64,000 nucleotides of DNA from Tubiluchus corallicola (lineage: Eukaryota; Animalia; Priapulida). This document shows, piece after piece, positions 1 to 19,981 of the stretch (within the stretch, counting starts at the first letter, position 1; every line of letters starts with the position of its first letter). The notes under the pieces are model-generated. The model had not been told where the DNA came from. It did not search any database and worked only from the letters and a program-made list of their open reading frames with translations. The position numbers and the translations under genes were made by a program. The DNA lies in assembly GCA_030141605.1 (NCBI GenBank), contig JAQGDQ010000819.1, positions 1 to 64,000 on the forward strand, read 5' to 3'.

Positions 1-277
1 GTTGCATCAGGTGATAGAAGTTTTTTAAAACTAAAACTGATTAAAATGTACCTACGGTCAACAATGTTACAAGAAACTAAATAATTAGGTGATACCATCT
101 GTGGAAAATGACAGAAAAAAAACAACTGGCTTTGAAGTGACCGTGAAAGATCTGTCAGGTGAAAAAGCCAGAAGAGTCTGTTTGTAGAAGGCCTATCACA
201 AATGGTATGTCAGTAATTATCTTGACTTGTTGTTAAACATTAAAACTTTCATGTGGACTTTCAATTTTTAATGCATG

Positions 278-2240
278 ATTGTGCGTGGCTAATAGCAGAG
301 CCTTTTCCTGGGACTGTCAGACTACATGAAGTATTGTGCGTGGCTAATGGCAAAGCCTCAAGCCTTTTCCTGGGACTGTCAGACTACATGAAGTATTGTG
401 CGTGGCTAATGGCAAAGCCTCAAGCCTTTTCCTGGGACTGTCATACTAAACAAAGTATTGTGCGTGGCTAATGGCAGAGACTCAAGCCTTTTCCTGGGAC
501 TGTCATACTAAATGAAGTATTGTGCGTGGCTAATGGCAGAGACTCAAGCCTTCTGCTGGGACTGTCTTACTACATGAAGTATTGTGCGTGGCTAATGGCA
601 GAGCCTCAAGCCTTTTCCTGGGACTGTGTTACTACATGAAGTATTGTGCATGGGTAATGGCAGAGCCTCAAGCCTTTTCCTGTGACTGTCTTACTACATG
701 AAGTATTGTGCATGGCTAATGGCAGAGCCTCAAGCCTTTTCCTGGGACTGTGTTACTACATGAAGTATTGTGCATGGCTAATGGCAGAGCCTCAAGCCTT
801 TTCCTGTGACTGTCTTACTACATGAAGTATTGTGCATGGCTAATGGCAGAGCCTCAAGCCTTTTCCTGGGACTGTCTTACTACATGAAGTATTGTGCGTG
901 GCTAATGGCAGAGCCTCAAACCTTTTCCTGGGACTGTCTTACTACATGATGTATTGTGCGTGGCTAATGGCAAAGCCTCAAGCCTTTTCCTGGGACTGTC
1001 AGACTACATGAAGTATTGTGCGTGGCTAATGGCAAAGCCTCAAGCCTTTTCCTGGGACTGTCATACTAAACGAAGTATTGTGCGTGGCTAATGGCAGAGA
1101 CTCAAGCCTTCTGCTGGGACTGTCTTACTACATGAAGTATTGTGCGTGGCTAATGGCAGAGCCTCAAACCTTTTCCTGGGACTGTCTTACTACATGAAGT
1201 ATTGTGCGTGGCTAATGGCAGAGCCTCAAACCTTTTCCTGGGACTGTCTTACTACATGATGTATTGTGCATGGCTAATGGCAGAGCCTCAAGCCTTTTCC
1301 TGGGACTGTGTTACTACATGAAGTATTGTGCGTGGCTAATGGCAGAGCCTCAAGCCTTTTCCTGGAACTGTCTTACTACATGATGTATTGTGCGTGGCTA
1401 ATGGCAGAGCCTCAAGCCTTTTCCTGGGACTGTCTTACTACATGATGTATTGTGCATGGCTAATGGCAGAGCCTCAAGCCTTTTCCTGTGACTGTCTTAC
1501 TACATGAAGTATTGTGCATGGCTAATGGCAGAGCCTCAAGCCTTTTCCTGGGACTGTCTTACTACATGAAGTATTGTGCATGGCTAATGGCAGAGCCTCA
1601 AGCCTTTTCCTGGGACTGTCATACTACATGAAGTATTGTGCATGGCTAATGGCAGAGCCTCAAGCCTTTTCCTGGGACTGTCATACTACATGAAGTATTG
1701 TGCATGGCTAATGGCAGAGCCTCAAGCCTTTTCCTGGGACTGTCTTACTACATGAAGTATTGTGCATGGCTAATGGCAGAGCCTCAAGCCTTTTCCTGGG
1801 ACTGTGTTACTACATGAAGTATTGTGCGTGGCTAATGGCAGAGCCTCAAGCCTTTTCCTGGGACTGTCTTACTACATGAAGTATTGTGCATGGCTAATGG
1901 CAGAGCCTCAAGCCTTTTCCTGTGACTGTCTTACTACATGAAGTATTGTGCATGGCTAATGGCAGAGCCTCAAGCCTTTTCCTGGGACTGTCATACTACA
2001 TGATGTATTGTGCGTGGCTAATGGCAAAGCCTCAAGCCTTTTCCTGGGACTGTCAGACTACATGAAGTATTGTGCGTGGCTAATGGCAAAGCCTCAAGCC
2101 TTTTCCTGGGACTGTCAGACTACATGAAGTATTGTGCATGGCTAATGGCAGAGCCTCAAGCCTTTTCCTGGGACTGTCATACTACATGAAGTATTGTGCA
2201 TGGCTAATGGCAGAGCCTCAAGCCTTACTACAGGAAGTAT
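278..2240. repeat. Minisatellite, 62-bp unit, about 31 copies
   Basis: Unit ACTACATGAAGTATTGTGCGTGGCTAATGGCAGAGCCTCAAGCCTTTTCCTGGGACTGTCTT recurs at 321, 383, 445 and onward. Confidence 0.97.
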
Positions 2241-2767
2241 AAAACACCAATCTTCAGCTTTTCTAGGATAGAGGGTGCCACTAACAATTATTTAATTGGA
2301 CCCCTTAGCACTTTCTAGTGCCGACTCTGATGATGAAAAGAAAGAAGGAATCTGCAAGATGCAACGAGTTTGGACTTTGGCAACTGAACTTGCTCAGCTT
2401 ATAACACTAAAAACTACAGTTTTGGTTGGGGGTACTCATTGACCCTTTTGAGGAAATTTTTGCTTTCAATTTCCTTCTTATGTTGAAACAAACACGGGTG
2501 ACAGAGACGGTAGAAGCAGTGTAAAATACACGTTTCATAAACTTCAAGTTTAGTAGTTGAGTAAAGGCGCCAAATTGTGATGTATGTAGACTAATTGTTA
2601 GTAATGTTTTTGAGTTACAAACTGCAACCAGCCTGCTATTGTAAGGGACAGTGACCTTAGATTAAAGTTATCGGTACGTAATCATAAAAACAGTAATATG
2701 ACAGAATGTGAACCGCAGAATGTAAACTGAGCAAAGTGCCAACTCATTTTATTGTGTTATAAAGTGT

Positions 2768-3060
2768 ATAAAAGCCTGCCGCTTGAATATTCTAACTACT
2801 GAGTCATTCATACTACTGAGAAAGTGCAAGGTTTATTTACTACATGACTGCATGCTAGGTATTGTATGCCATGTGTCTTATATATTGACAGATTGCATAT
2901 ACTGAATATAAAAGCCTGCCGCTTGAATATTCTAACCCAGTGTGAAACGTAAAGGTGTCATTCATACTACTGAGAAAGTACAAGGTTTATTTACTACATG
3001 ACTCATGCTAGGTATTGTATGCCATAGGTCTTATATATTGACAGATTGCATATACTGAAT
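2768..3060. repeat. Local tandem duplication, two copies of about 140-150 bp
   Basis: TATAAAAGCCTGCCGCTTGAATATTCTAAC...GATTGCATATACTGAAT occurs twice. Confidence 0.85.
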
Positions 3061-3176
3061 TTAACACACTTCACAGTAAGAGATTTACTGAAGATAGTAC
3101 AGCAGGTTTAAGTGGACACAATTTCAAATTGTTTCACATTTATTATAGAATTAACGTATTCAAGCACTCTTTTGTA

Positions 3177-5622
3177 AATAGAAAAAGTTAATGCAGTTAA
3201 TTAACATAACACAATTTTCTTCATTTGCATAAAAGTTAATGCAGTTAATTACGTCACACAATTTTCTTCATTGCATAGAAAAAGTTAATGCAGTTAATTA
3301 ACGTAACACAATTTTCTTCATTGCATAGAAAAAGTTAATGCAGTTAATTAACGTAACACAATTTTCTTCATTGCATAGAAAAAGTTAATGCAGTTAATTA
3401 CGTCACACAATTTTCTTCATTGCATAGAAAAAGTTAATGCAGTTAATTAACGTAACACAATTTTCTTCATTGCATAGAAAAAGTTAATGCAGTTAATTAA
3501 CGTCACACAATTTTCTTCATTGCATAGAAAAAGTTAATGCAGTTAATTAACGTAGCACAACTTTTTTCATTTCCATAGAAAAAGTTAATGCAGTTAATTA
3601 ACATAACACAACTTTCTTCATTTGCATAGAAAAAGTTAATGCAGTTAATTAACGTAACACAATTTTCTTCATTGCATAGAAAAAGTTAATGCAGTTAATT
3701 ACGTCACACAATTTTCTTCATTTGCATAGAAAAAGTTAATGCAGTTAATTAACGTCACACAATTTTCTTCATTTGCATAGAAAAAGTTAATGCAGTTAAT
3801 TAACGTCACACAATTTTCTTCATTTCCATAGAAAAAGTTAATGCAGTTAATTAACATAACACAATTTTCTTCATTTCCATAGAAAAAGTTAATGCAGTTA
3901 ATTAACATAACACAATTTTCTTCATTTGCATAGAAAAAGTTAATGCAGTTAATTACGTCACACAATTTTCTTCATTTGCATAGAAAAAGTTAATGCAGTT
4001 AATTACGTAACACAATTTTCTTCATTGCATAGAAAAAGTTAATGCAGTTAATTAACGTAACACAATTTTCTTCATTGCATAGAAAAAGTTAATGCAGCTA
4101 ATTACGTCACACAATTTTCTTCATTGCATAGAAAAAGTTAATGCAGTTAATTAACGTAACACAATTTTCTTCATTGCATAGAAAAAGTTAATGCAGTTAA
4201 TTAACATAACACAATTTTCTTCATTTGCATAGAAAAAGTTAATGCAGTTAATTACGTCACACAATTTTCTTCATTTGCATAGAAAAAGTTAATGCAGTTA
4301 ATTACGTAACACAATTTTCTTCATTGCATAGAAAAAGTTAATGCAGTTAATTAACGTAACACAATTTTCTTCATTGCATAGAAAAAGTTAATGCAGTTAA
4401 TTAACGTAACACAATTTTCTTCATTTGCATAGAAAAAGTTAATGCAGTTAATTAACATAACACAATTTTCTTCATTTGCATAGAAAAAGTTAATGCAGTT
4501 AATTACGTCACACAATTTTCTTCATTTGCATAGAAAAAGTTAATGCAGTTAATTAACGTCACACAATTTTCTTCATTTGCATAGAAAAAGTTAATGCAGT
4601 TAATTAACGTCACACAATTTTCTTCATTTCCATAGAAAAAGTTAATGCAGTTAATTAACGTCACACAATTTTCTTCATTTGCATAGAAAAAGTTAATGCA
4701 GTTAATTAACGTAACACAATTTTCTTCATTTGCATAGAAAAAGTTAATGCAGTTAATTAATGTAACACAATTTTCTTCATTTGCATAGAAAAAGTTAATG
4801 CAGTTAATTAACGTAACACAATTTTCTTCATTGCATAGAAAAAGTTAATGCAGTTAATTACGTCACACAATTTTCTTCATTTGCATAGAAAAAGTTAATG
4901 CAGTTAATTAACGTAGCACAACTTTTTTCATTTGCATAGAAAAAGTTAATGCAGTTAATTAACATAACACAACTTTCTTCATTTGCATAGAAAAAGTTAA
5001 TGCAGTTAATTAACATAACACAACTTTCTTCATTTGCATAGAAAAAGTTAATGCAGTTAATTAACATAACACAACTTTCTTCATTTGCATAGAAAAAGTT
5101 AATGCAGTTAATTAATTTAACACAACTTTCTTCATTTGCATAGAAAAAGTTAATGCAGTTAATTAACGTAACACAATTTTCTTCATTTGCATAGAAAAAG
5201 TTAATGCAGTTAATTAATGTAACACAATTTTCTTCATTTGCATAGAAAAAGTTAATGCAGTTAATTAACGTAAGACAGTTTTCTTCATTTGCATAGAAAA
5301 AGTTAATGCAGTTAATTAACGTAGCACAACTTTTTTCATTTCCATAGAAAAAGTTAATGCTGTTAATTAACATAACACAACTTTCTTCATTTGGTAACAC
5401 AATTTTCTTCATTTGCATAGAAAAAGTTAATGCAGTTAATTAACGTAGCACAACTTTTTTCATTTGCATAGAAAAAGTTAATGCAGTTAATTAACATAAC
5501 ACAACTTTCTTCATTTGCATAGAAAAAGTTAATGCAGTTAATTAACGTAACACAACTTTTTTCATTTCCATAGAAAAAGTTAATGCAGTTAATTAACGTA
5601 ACACAACTTTTTTCATTTCCAT
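3177..5622. repeat. Minisatellite, 50-51-bp unit, about 48 copies
   Basis: Unit CATAGAAAAAGTTAATGCAGTTAATTAACGTAACACAATTTTCTTCATTTG; explains the 17-aa periodic ORFs. Confidence 0.97.
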
Positions 5623-5674
5623 ACACTATTATTTCCATACACCTATTATATAGGGAAAAGCTGGGAAGAAGAAG

Positions 5675-5829
5675 AAGACTATTATTACCCCACTTTTGCC
5701 CTAAATACCACGCGCCAGGCAGGGCAACAGCAGGTACCATTTTTAAAGTCTTTGGTCTGACACGGCCTCTGTATCGAACTCGTGACCTCATAGACAGAAA
5801 GCGGACACGTTGTCACAAGACTAAACCAT
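5675..5829 (-). mobile_element. tRNA-derived SINE (MetaSINE-like), degenerate copy
   Basis: Homologous to 10162-10315; minus strand has B-box-like GAGTTCGATAC followed by AAAGACTTTAAAAATGGTACCTGCTG. Confidence 0.7.
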
Positions 5830-5990
5830 CTCGTCGAATTTGACACAATCGCTATTCAAGAAGTATTAAAAACCTTAACGCTTTTAGACGAGATTTCACT
5901 AGGAACGCATGCATTCAAAAATGAAGTTTTCACCGTTACTTCTCGCAATTAAACGACCTTTTACAAAAATTAAACAAAAAAAAAACTCAC

Positions 5991-10953
<4,963 letters not shown>

Positions 10954-12352
10954 TTTCAATCCTAGTCTGTCTAGCAACTGCAAGACAAGGTGTTTACGAC
11001 TCATGTAAGGTATTTTAAATGCATGTAGCAGGAAGGCAAATATTGACTAACACTGCAACAAATCTCTACACATTACAAAAACACCGGCATAACAACTCTG
11101 TAGCAAAAGTAACTTAGTTTAATACTAAGCAAGACTAATAAGCAAGTTCTTTTTTCTTTTTTTCTTTTTTCTCCTCATCTCATAAGTAATTGTTGCTCTT
11201 TCTCATACTTACTTTTTCTCATAAATTTTTCTACATTACACTGTTTTGATGCTTATTTTTTTCTTTCCATACTCTCAGTTTTTAACTTTACTCACTAACC
11301 TTGGTCAAATTCCGCTGTTAATAAGACCTCATTTGAAACTACCACATATAATAATCTTAATTACTGAATAATTGCATTGTTTTGTTTAGATTTACATATC
11401 TAACTTTATTATTTTTTGTTTTCAGTTTTTTTTTTGGATAATTTGCTAGGAGTAAAAATTCTTCAAGCATGGATTTAATACCGGTACCGCCACAGAAATA
11501 TTAACTATTAAAATTATACAAAAAACATGTTCAGGTTTTTAGATCTCAAGCTTCATATTCTGTTTACATAATTTTTTTCACATATTTTACGGCTCTGACA
11601 TTTTCATGCACGCAAGGCATGTTTGCACGATGAATTTTAATGCACTTCAGATTAACATAGTTCCTACTTAATCATCAATTCTTGTAAGCTTCTTAAATAT
11701 ATTGTCTGTGCAATTATTTTTGCTTATATCTGTTCATGTTTATAAAAACATTTAAGACCATAAACTGTCTACAAGGTGAATGAAACAGTCAATAAATAAA
11801 CAAATAAACAAACAGTTAAATAAACAAAAAACAAGAGCTGCGTGACGTACGTACCGGTATAAATTTTTCTAGTATGTATTTTTTACGATTCTTGCCTTCG
11901 CAAGTGATCAGGCAGAATAGTAGAGAAATGACGGCACCTCGGTATTATTTTCATTATCAAAACAGCAAAAGAAAATTCAAGAACATTTTTAAAAAGTTTC
12001 TAAATTTTAGATAAAAAGCAGAAAATGCTCAAACTCACATTGATTTATGAAACGAGCTTTGCGTAAATTAGCAAGGCATCAACAAAATATAGAAAAACAA
12101 GAAATGTCTTGGAGTTTAGCCAGTACATCAAACTAAACGCACAAGGAAGTGATCGCAGAGTTGTGATTACTGAGTTAAAACTATATGTCCTCTGCTAAAC
12201 AAGGAATTTGTGCACGCAACACACCACATTACTGATATCAAACAAAGCTGGTAAACAAATGACTTGTACTTTCTAATCATGCTTTGCATAGTTGTACTAG
12301 CAGTGAAATTTCAGACTATGCGACAAACTGATAAGATAAAAATGTACAAATA

Positions 12353-12945
12353 TTGGAATTCTGGAACCCGTACGTGCCATTGTACACGGGTGAAGCTACA
12401 CTGATCATGACACCGGAAGCTAGTACTCGTCATATAAATATTACGTCTGGTGTTAAACAGGGGTGTCCGCTATCACCCTTGCTTTTCAACCTGGTAATCG
12501 ATGAACTGATCTCGAAAGTCGGTTCTCGATTTGGCTACGAGATCGAAGATTACCAAGTGGCCATAGTTGGTTTTGCCGATGACTTTGTCTTGATATCGAA
12601 CACCAACCATGGCATTGGGGCAATTTGTTGGAGACAGCACAAGGCTTCTTCACAAAAAGGGGCGGGGCACTTAACACAAAAAAGTGCAAAGCCATGCGAT
12701 CAGTCAAGGCATACCGGCGAAAGGCTACGAAAGTGATTGTAGATCCCACATGGAACATCAGCCAGACTCCTATCCCGATGCTGGGAGTCGCCGAGACGTA
12801 CAAATATCTCGGAATACCGTTTGTCACAAGGGGGCGGCCCACCATGGGCACAGATTGTCTTAAAGCATGGCTGCTAAGAGTGGAGGGGGCGCCACTCAAA
12901 CTTCAACAAAAGGTGGATATGATCAGGCAATATGTGGTTCTATAA
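12353..12945 (+). mobile_element. Non-LTR retrotransposon RT fragment (R2/NeSL-like), frameshifted
   Basis: GVKQGCPLSPLLFNLVID and FADD motifs, then YKYLGI and thumb APLKLQQKVDMIRQYVV in a second frame (shift near 12620). Confidence 0.85.
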
Positions 12946-13444
12946 TAAAGACATCCGACAATTTTGCAAAAATCACAAGAATGAATGAATATTTTTAGAT
13001 AATTAGCTGCGTTCACATTCCTTGAACTCAATTCGGTGCACGTTTCATAAATACTGACTTTTACTTATGTAAATGTCGTCTCTACTAACTTACCTAGATA
13101 AACAAACTGCTAAGACAAACATCAAATTCAGGTCAGGTGCGAACCAGGTTCTGTCTATCAAATAAAATGAAGGGGGTAAAGGGTAGAATGGCTGTATGGA
13201 CTCCATGCCTCAATCACTCTTGATTTGGAAGCAAACCCGTTAGATACTAATGATGAGTCATAATAATTGTTTTAGGTATCAAGAAAAATTCGTGTATCAA
13301 AAATAATAGTACATAAAAACAATGCATGTTTTTGACTTATGTGAAATAAGCGTGAAAGCTCTCAGTGAGGACCTGATTCCTTTATAGTGCAAAAATAATG
13401 ACCTTCGGCCAGTGTCCATACTAACTGGACATGATCTGGACACA

Positions 13445-14175
<731 letters not shown>

Positions 14176-14999
14176 GAACAAGTTGACACACAATACTCAG
14201 ATGTTGTTTGTACATATAATACAAGAAAAATAATTACACAAAATACAACATTCACGTACAATCTATATAAATAATCACAACTAGAAACACACTGGATCTG
14301 GACATACTAAACACCATGATCTAGTCCCATGCAGTATACACTACAAAACTTCTCTAAAGTAAGATAGCATAAACGATAAATATCTACAGCTAAGTATATA
14401 TATGTCAGCTTATCAACAATTACTACACTGTACAATGAACACTGTCATTTTTACACTACGAAAATAAAAAATTGTAAAAAAAACAAAAAAAATCTTACAA
14501 ATTAGTTTACCTGTGTTCGAAAATTTAGTACCACGTTAACTCGCTCGCTGTAAAATTGTACAAGTGCTGCGTTACTGCTTGTGCACCTAAAAATTTAAAA
14601 TCACAAATTAAACATTACATAAAGGAATAAAATATTATTTCATCACAATTTTTATTTCTAATAATTATTTCTAAACCACTTGGTTGAGAAAACTAACGCA
14701 CACCATGAGTTACAAAGTTTAACCAATAGACAAAATCCACAATGAACGAAGGACGAATGACAGCAGAGTTATGAATTCGCAAATACAGATCGGATTAATA
14801 TTTGACGACCAGCGCAAGCAAGTATGGAGTGCAATACGCATGATACAGTATTAACACGAGGAAGTAAGCATATTCTGCTTCTTAATCAAACAGCATACAC
14901 AAATAAAATCAAAGTTTACTTGAACAACTAAAATTCTTTGCCATTTCGAAGCTGAACAAACATAATATTACAACAATCCACCTCTATAGTCACCGCCAA

Positions 15000-15103
15000 T
15001 AGGGCCTATTTCAGGGGGGAAGTGGGGATACTCGGCGGGGCCTCACCCTCCAGGGGGGCCTCGCGCCAAGGTAACATTTTTTTGCTTTATGTGAACATAC
15101 TGC

Positions 15104-15141
<38 letters not shown>

Positions 15142-15333
15142 GCCGCACGCATGCCGTTTGCCAGTATTGACAAGTATTAAGGACTGGTCTTGAGAATAAA
15201 GCAGTTTTTCTTTCAATTGTTCTTTCCTTTAACAACTGTATAACTCCATATTTTCTCTTCGAAATGCTTCTCCGGCGTTCTAGCAGTTCAGGGCCTCACA
15301 CGCCCCACTTCCCCGGACCTCGCTTAGGCCCTA
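15000..15333. mobile_element. Probable hAT-type MITE
   Basis: Termini TAGGGCCTA / TAGGCCCTA, inner GGGAAGTGGGG / CCCCACTTCCC; flanks ACCGCCAA vs ACCACCAT (6/8). Confidence 0.55.
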
Positions 15334-15344
15334 ACCACCATAAT

Positions 15345-15960
15345 TAAGGAAGTATCCAGTCTAACAGAAATGTGCAAGATATTCTCTAACACTCAAACAC
15401 GTATCAACAAAAAGCAATTATTAACTGCTGACTATGATATAGTTACAAATAAAATACGTAGCAACAAATACAACAAATGTATCGTAGATGCCAATAAAGA
15501 AAGGGTGAAGGACATGAAAAAGTCTGAATGGAAGAAAGAGATAAAGAATAAGATTGAATGTTGTATAAAGAGCGAATGTGCAGAAAAATGCAGGATCAGC
15601 ACTAAATTAAGATTTTTAAGGCATACTGAGTGGAAACGACAAAATTACATAGACACATGCAAGCCAGAAGAGGTTAAAGATATATTGAAAATAAGACTGA
15701 ATATGATTAAAGTTAAAGGGAACTAGAAGAATGAGTTTAAGGATCAGTTATTATGCCCAGTGTGTGGGGAAGATGATGCTACTACTGAACATATGCTTAG
15801 ATGTGACAGATATGGAGAATGGAAAAAACATTTTGAACTCAGACATATTAATGAAAAGTGAAAAGGAAGGATTGCTAGAAATTAGAAATCTAGTGAATGA
15901 ATGCAATGGAATACAGGATAAAGACAAATAAAAACATTAAACTTGGAAAAGACAACTAAA
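15345..15960 (+). mobile_element. LINE 3' fragment with C-terminal zinc knuckle, decayed
   Basis: KIRLNMIKVKGN*KNEFKDQLLCPVCGEDDATTEHMLRC read through one stop; typical of the LINE ORF2 end. Confidence 0.7.
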
Positions 15961-16852
15961 AGACCAGCGTTATAGAAGAATAGACTCCTCTGATAGGTGG
16001 AGAGAGTTGAGTATCGCAATCGCAAATACAACAGTTAAATTACAGGATTTTTTCATTTCTAGTTTAACACTGTTGCAGATGTGAGCATTTAATTTACAGT
16101 TTATTATTAATTTTGATTTGTAGTTTTAAACTTTAGTTTTCCACTACCACTAAGTCAGTGCTGACATCTGTTTGCACACTTGGAAGTTTCCAATATATGT
16201 ATGTACTTGCTACTGCTATATGTTTGTATGGAGCTGGGTTACTGGGCTTCTCTGTGAATGTAGTAGTTTTTCACACTTGGTAGCAAGATTACAGGACAGG
16301 CAATAGGCTTAAACAGTTGTGTGGTTATAATAACGTTTTGACTCAGGTGCCATGATATATTGGCTGATGGATTTACTTCAACTTTTGTTTACTACTGTTG
16401 ATTATGTTTACCATTTTCGTGTATATGTGGATTGACTATGAGACTGTGATTTTGAGTAAAATTCGGATCGCAAAGTTAAACCATGTTTTCAACCAGTGAT
16501 TTCATCTGTTTAACACGAACATCGCAACTACAAAAACAGTCTGATAAACCTGCCAATATCGGTTGTTGGCTCTCCCCAAAACACCCCAGCGACAATTTTA
16601 GCGTCAAGACAAACACTAATAATATTACTTCTGCAGTCATTTATTATTAGGAAAGCTAGACTAATGGATCGTTGTACCAATAAGAAAATTTTGCACAAAC
16701 AGTTCAGGCAAACAATTCTAAGAATATAGAAGTATATACTCGCACACGTACATGTGTATGTTTTATGGATTTGCTTTCAATAGTTTAGTAAATTTTCTGT
16801 GTTTTTATTATTTTTTCTTTTTTGTTGTATTCAATGCAATTTCAATCAAATG

Positions 16853-17277
16853 TAGGGATGAAAATGACAAATTGCAAAAAACTCTGAAACACGCCGAGGG
16901 TTTTGAGGCCACCTAGACCCCCCAATGGGGTTCAAGGGGACAAAGCCCCCTTGAAGCCAGCAACAAATTGCAATTTTGTGACCATAGAGCTTCTAAGTGG
17001 ACTTAAAATATCAATTACCTTGTTTCATGCATAATTTAAAATACCCAATTATCAAGGATACATGATACCTAATTGACTCAAAAACGCCTAAGTACTGGCC
17101 GCTCCTATGCAAAAGTATATAAAAACTGTATGCAATTGACTCAAATAACTCCGCACAATTGATTCTATATTTTTGTACATAGAGATATACACACGTGGTT
17201 ACGCTGATGTACGTGATGCAAACAAAGTGACGGCCTGCCAACTAGTGGTCAGCTCATGAAATAATATACTGGGTCCG
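16853..17277 (-). mobile_element. Truncated copy of the CAGGGATG MITE family
   Basis: Reverse complement of most of 36786-37286. Confidence 0.8.
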
Positions 17278-17788
17278 ATAATTAAATAATAGATTAAAAA
17301 CTTAATTAACGGCGCGCGAGCCCAACTATTAATGACATCACAAACTAACATGATTTTCAACAGGAGAAACATTCCACGAGCGTGTTGCACGTGTTTGCGA
17401 AAGCGAAAATTGAAGTACAGTGCTACTGTAAGATATTCAGTGTGTTGTACTAAAACTAGGCAAGTTTTAAGATAAAAATTCAAATTTCAAATTTACCGCT
17501 GTGCTCGCGCATGAGCTGTCGAATGTGTGCAGTTCGTCACAAACTAACACACCTGAACTGAGACACAGCACCTGTTTTTTTTTTCATGCAAACAGAAAAG
17601 CAGGGCGCTAGTGCCCATCTAACTAATGAACTAGATGCAAATGTGAAATCAAGTTAGTGTGGTAATGATTCTTTCACGTAAGTCATTCTTGAAAAAATAG
17701 CATGTTTCCTTTCAACACTTTAAAAAATAGATTGTTTGACCCACAGTTTAAGATTGGGTCCAGTTTTGCCTTACAACAAAGATTTAAT

Positions 17789-17969
17789 CTACTCTAACCT
17801 ACAGATTATACATGATAACACCATGCCAATACTTACATATCAAAAACTACTCTAACCTGCAGATTATACATGATAACACCATGCTAATACTTACATATCA
17901 AAAACTACTCTAACCTGCAGATTATACATGATAACACCATGCTAATACTTACATATCAAAAACTACTCT
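17789..17969. repeat. 58-bp tandem repeat, 3 copies
   Basis: CTACTCTAACCT(A/G)CAGATTATACATGATAACACCATG at 17789, 17847, 17905. Confidence 0.9.
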
Positions 17970-18946
17970 TGAAGTAATTGAAGAAAAATGTGTAATATCT
18001 TTTACACAACAGGCAGCAGTTCACTTATCAATGAAACTCCACTTTATCAAATAGAATTTACACACAACACTGGCACGTGAAGATAATTTAAAACATGTGG
18101 ATAGCCTCTGGCATAAAAGTATCTTTTTATGATTGCATTTAGTTCATGCCACGGGGAAGTGGAAAACCCCGGTCAGCATAATACTCATTGTTTATGCCAT
18201 CATGATTTCTCTTCTCTGGCATACATAACTATCTAAATTGATTTTTAACTCAGTAAATCATCACGAGCTAGCAGGAACGCATGCTCAGAAAAAACTGAAA
18301 AACACGTTGCACATTCAACGAACAATGTTTTAATGAGAGTGGCATAAACACTCAAAATTATTCTCAATGCTGTTTTTCAATAATAATATTAACTTTCGAT
18401 TGTTATAACAATTATAATATGAAAGCTAACCACTGGCCATAAAACGTGCCAAATTCAAACTAAATGCGGTTATGAGAAAAACGTAATTTTATAAAATACA
18501 GAACCAAAGGATCTTAGATATCCCCTATCTATAATAAAATGTCTGTAACTACTGGTCAGACTAGTACTCAATATTTATTGGGTAAATTGTCCTCTGACTG
18601 TTAATGTTAAACTTTTAACTCCACAATTTGACCATAGAAATATGTATGCAACCAAGTACAAGTATGTCTTGCAGCTTATGAATTTCAGTTATTTATCTGT
18701 CACTGCTACAAAACTTGCATTAGCACATTTCCACCAAATTTTTATCTATTGTTACATTTCTTAACAGTGGGAGCTATTCTACATTTTAGACAGCTGACTT
18801 CTAATAGTCACATTTGAGAGTTTGTTTAGTTTAGGAATTGTTAGCAACTGTGTTAAAGTAGACTGACTACTTTAGCTTATTGAAAATAAATCGAAAAGTA
18901 ACACTTGTTAAAGGTCGTGCTGCAAAAGTTTATAAATGATAATGTT

Positions 18947-19086
18947 TGAGAGACGACAGTTTAAGCACAATTTTGTGAGACCACAGTTTAAGCACAATTT
19001 TGTGAGACCACAGTTTAAGCACAATTTTGTGAGACCACGGTTTAAGCACAATTTTGTGAGACCACAGTTTAAGCACAATTTTGTGA
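18947..19086. repeat. 27-bp tandem repeat, about 5 copies
   Basis: GTTTAAGCACAATTTTGTGAGACCACA. Confidence 0.9.
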
Positions 19087-19442
19087 TGCAAAACTCTCTA
19101 TATTAAGTTTAAAAGACCTGAAAAATCTCATAAGCAGCAAATGGGAACGTTTTACGGGATAAGAACTTTAAATACTAAATTAGACTGTCATATGCAGTCA
19201 CTCTGTGCTACACACAGAGTAGGAAGATATGATAAGTTCAATTTATGATACATTTGTCTGTAGTGATTGCCTATTTCCAAGAGTAATCAAAGCATTATGA
19301 TTACGTTGAAGGTGATGAATAACAAAGTTCTATCATTTTGTTATATAATAAAAAGTTAATGGTAATTTGAAACTTAGCTTGAATTTATGCTCTACTAATG
19401 CGTAATGCCAGTCTTATAAAGCTTTTTTAGTAGTACAAAACG

Positions 19443-19981
19443 AGACGGTATATGGCGAGACAGTACATGGTTCCACGGTACAAAGTGAGGCAGCACGTGG
19501 TTACACGGCACACGGCGAGACAGTACGTGATTCCACGGTACACAGTGAGGCAGTACATGGTTCCACAGTACACAGTGAGACAGTACATGGTCACACGGTA
19601 CACTGCGAGACAGTACGTGGTTCCACGGTACACAGTGAGACAGTACATGGTTCCACAGTACACAGTGAGACAGTACATGGTTACACGGTACACTGCGAGA
19701 CAGTACGTGATTCCACGGTACACAGTGAGACAGTACGTGGTTTCACGGTACACAGTGAGGCAGTACGTGGTTCCACGGTACACGGCGAGACAGTACGTGA
19801 TTCCACGGTACACAGTGAGACAGTACGTGGTTCCACGGTACACAGTGAGGCAGTACGTGGTTCCACGGTACACAGTGAGACAGTACGTGGTTCCACAGTA
19901 CACAGTGAGACAGTACGTGGTTCCACGGTACACGGCGAGACAGTACGTGATTCCACGGTACACAGCGAGGCAGTACACGGT
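19443..19981. repeat. Minisatellite, 30-bp unit, about 18 copies
   Basis: TTCCACGGTACACAGTGAGACAGTACGTGG. Confidence 0.95.

Noticed and set aside
278-2240. Regular arrays as possible CRISPR loci
   Set aside because: Units are head-to-tail without unique spacers, there are no cas genes, and the context is eukaryotic
89-2450. Exon-like plus-strand pieces at about 159-204 and 2319-2443
   Set aside because: No recognisable homology and the phases do not join
3699-5791. ORFs with LINCINFFYANEENCV repeats
   Set aside because: 51-bp minisatellite with frequent 1-bp indels that break the frame
14511-14586. Minus-strand exon-like segment (tttttag|...CAG|gtaaac) as a CARD coding exon
   Set aside because: Contains a stop in the phase needed to join exon 2; may be a 5' UTR exon but this is unsupported
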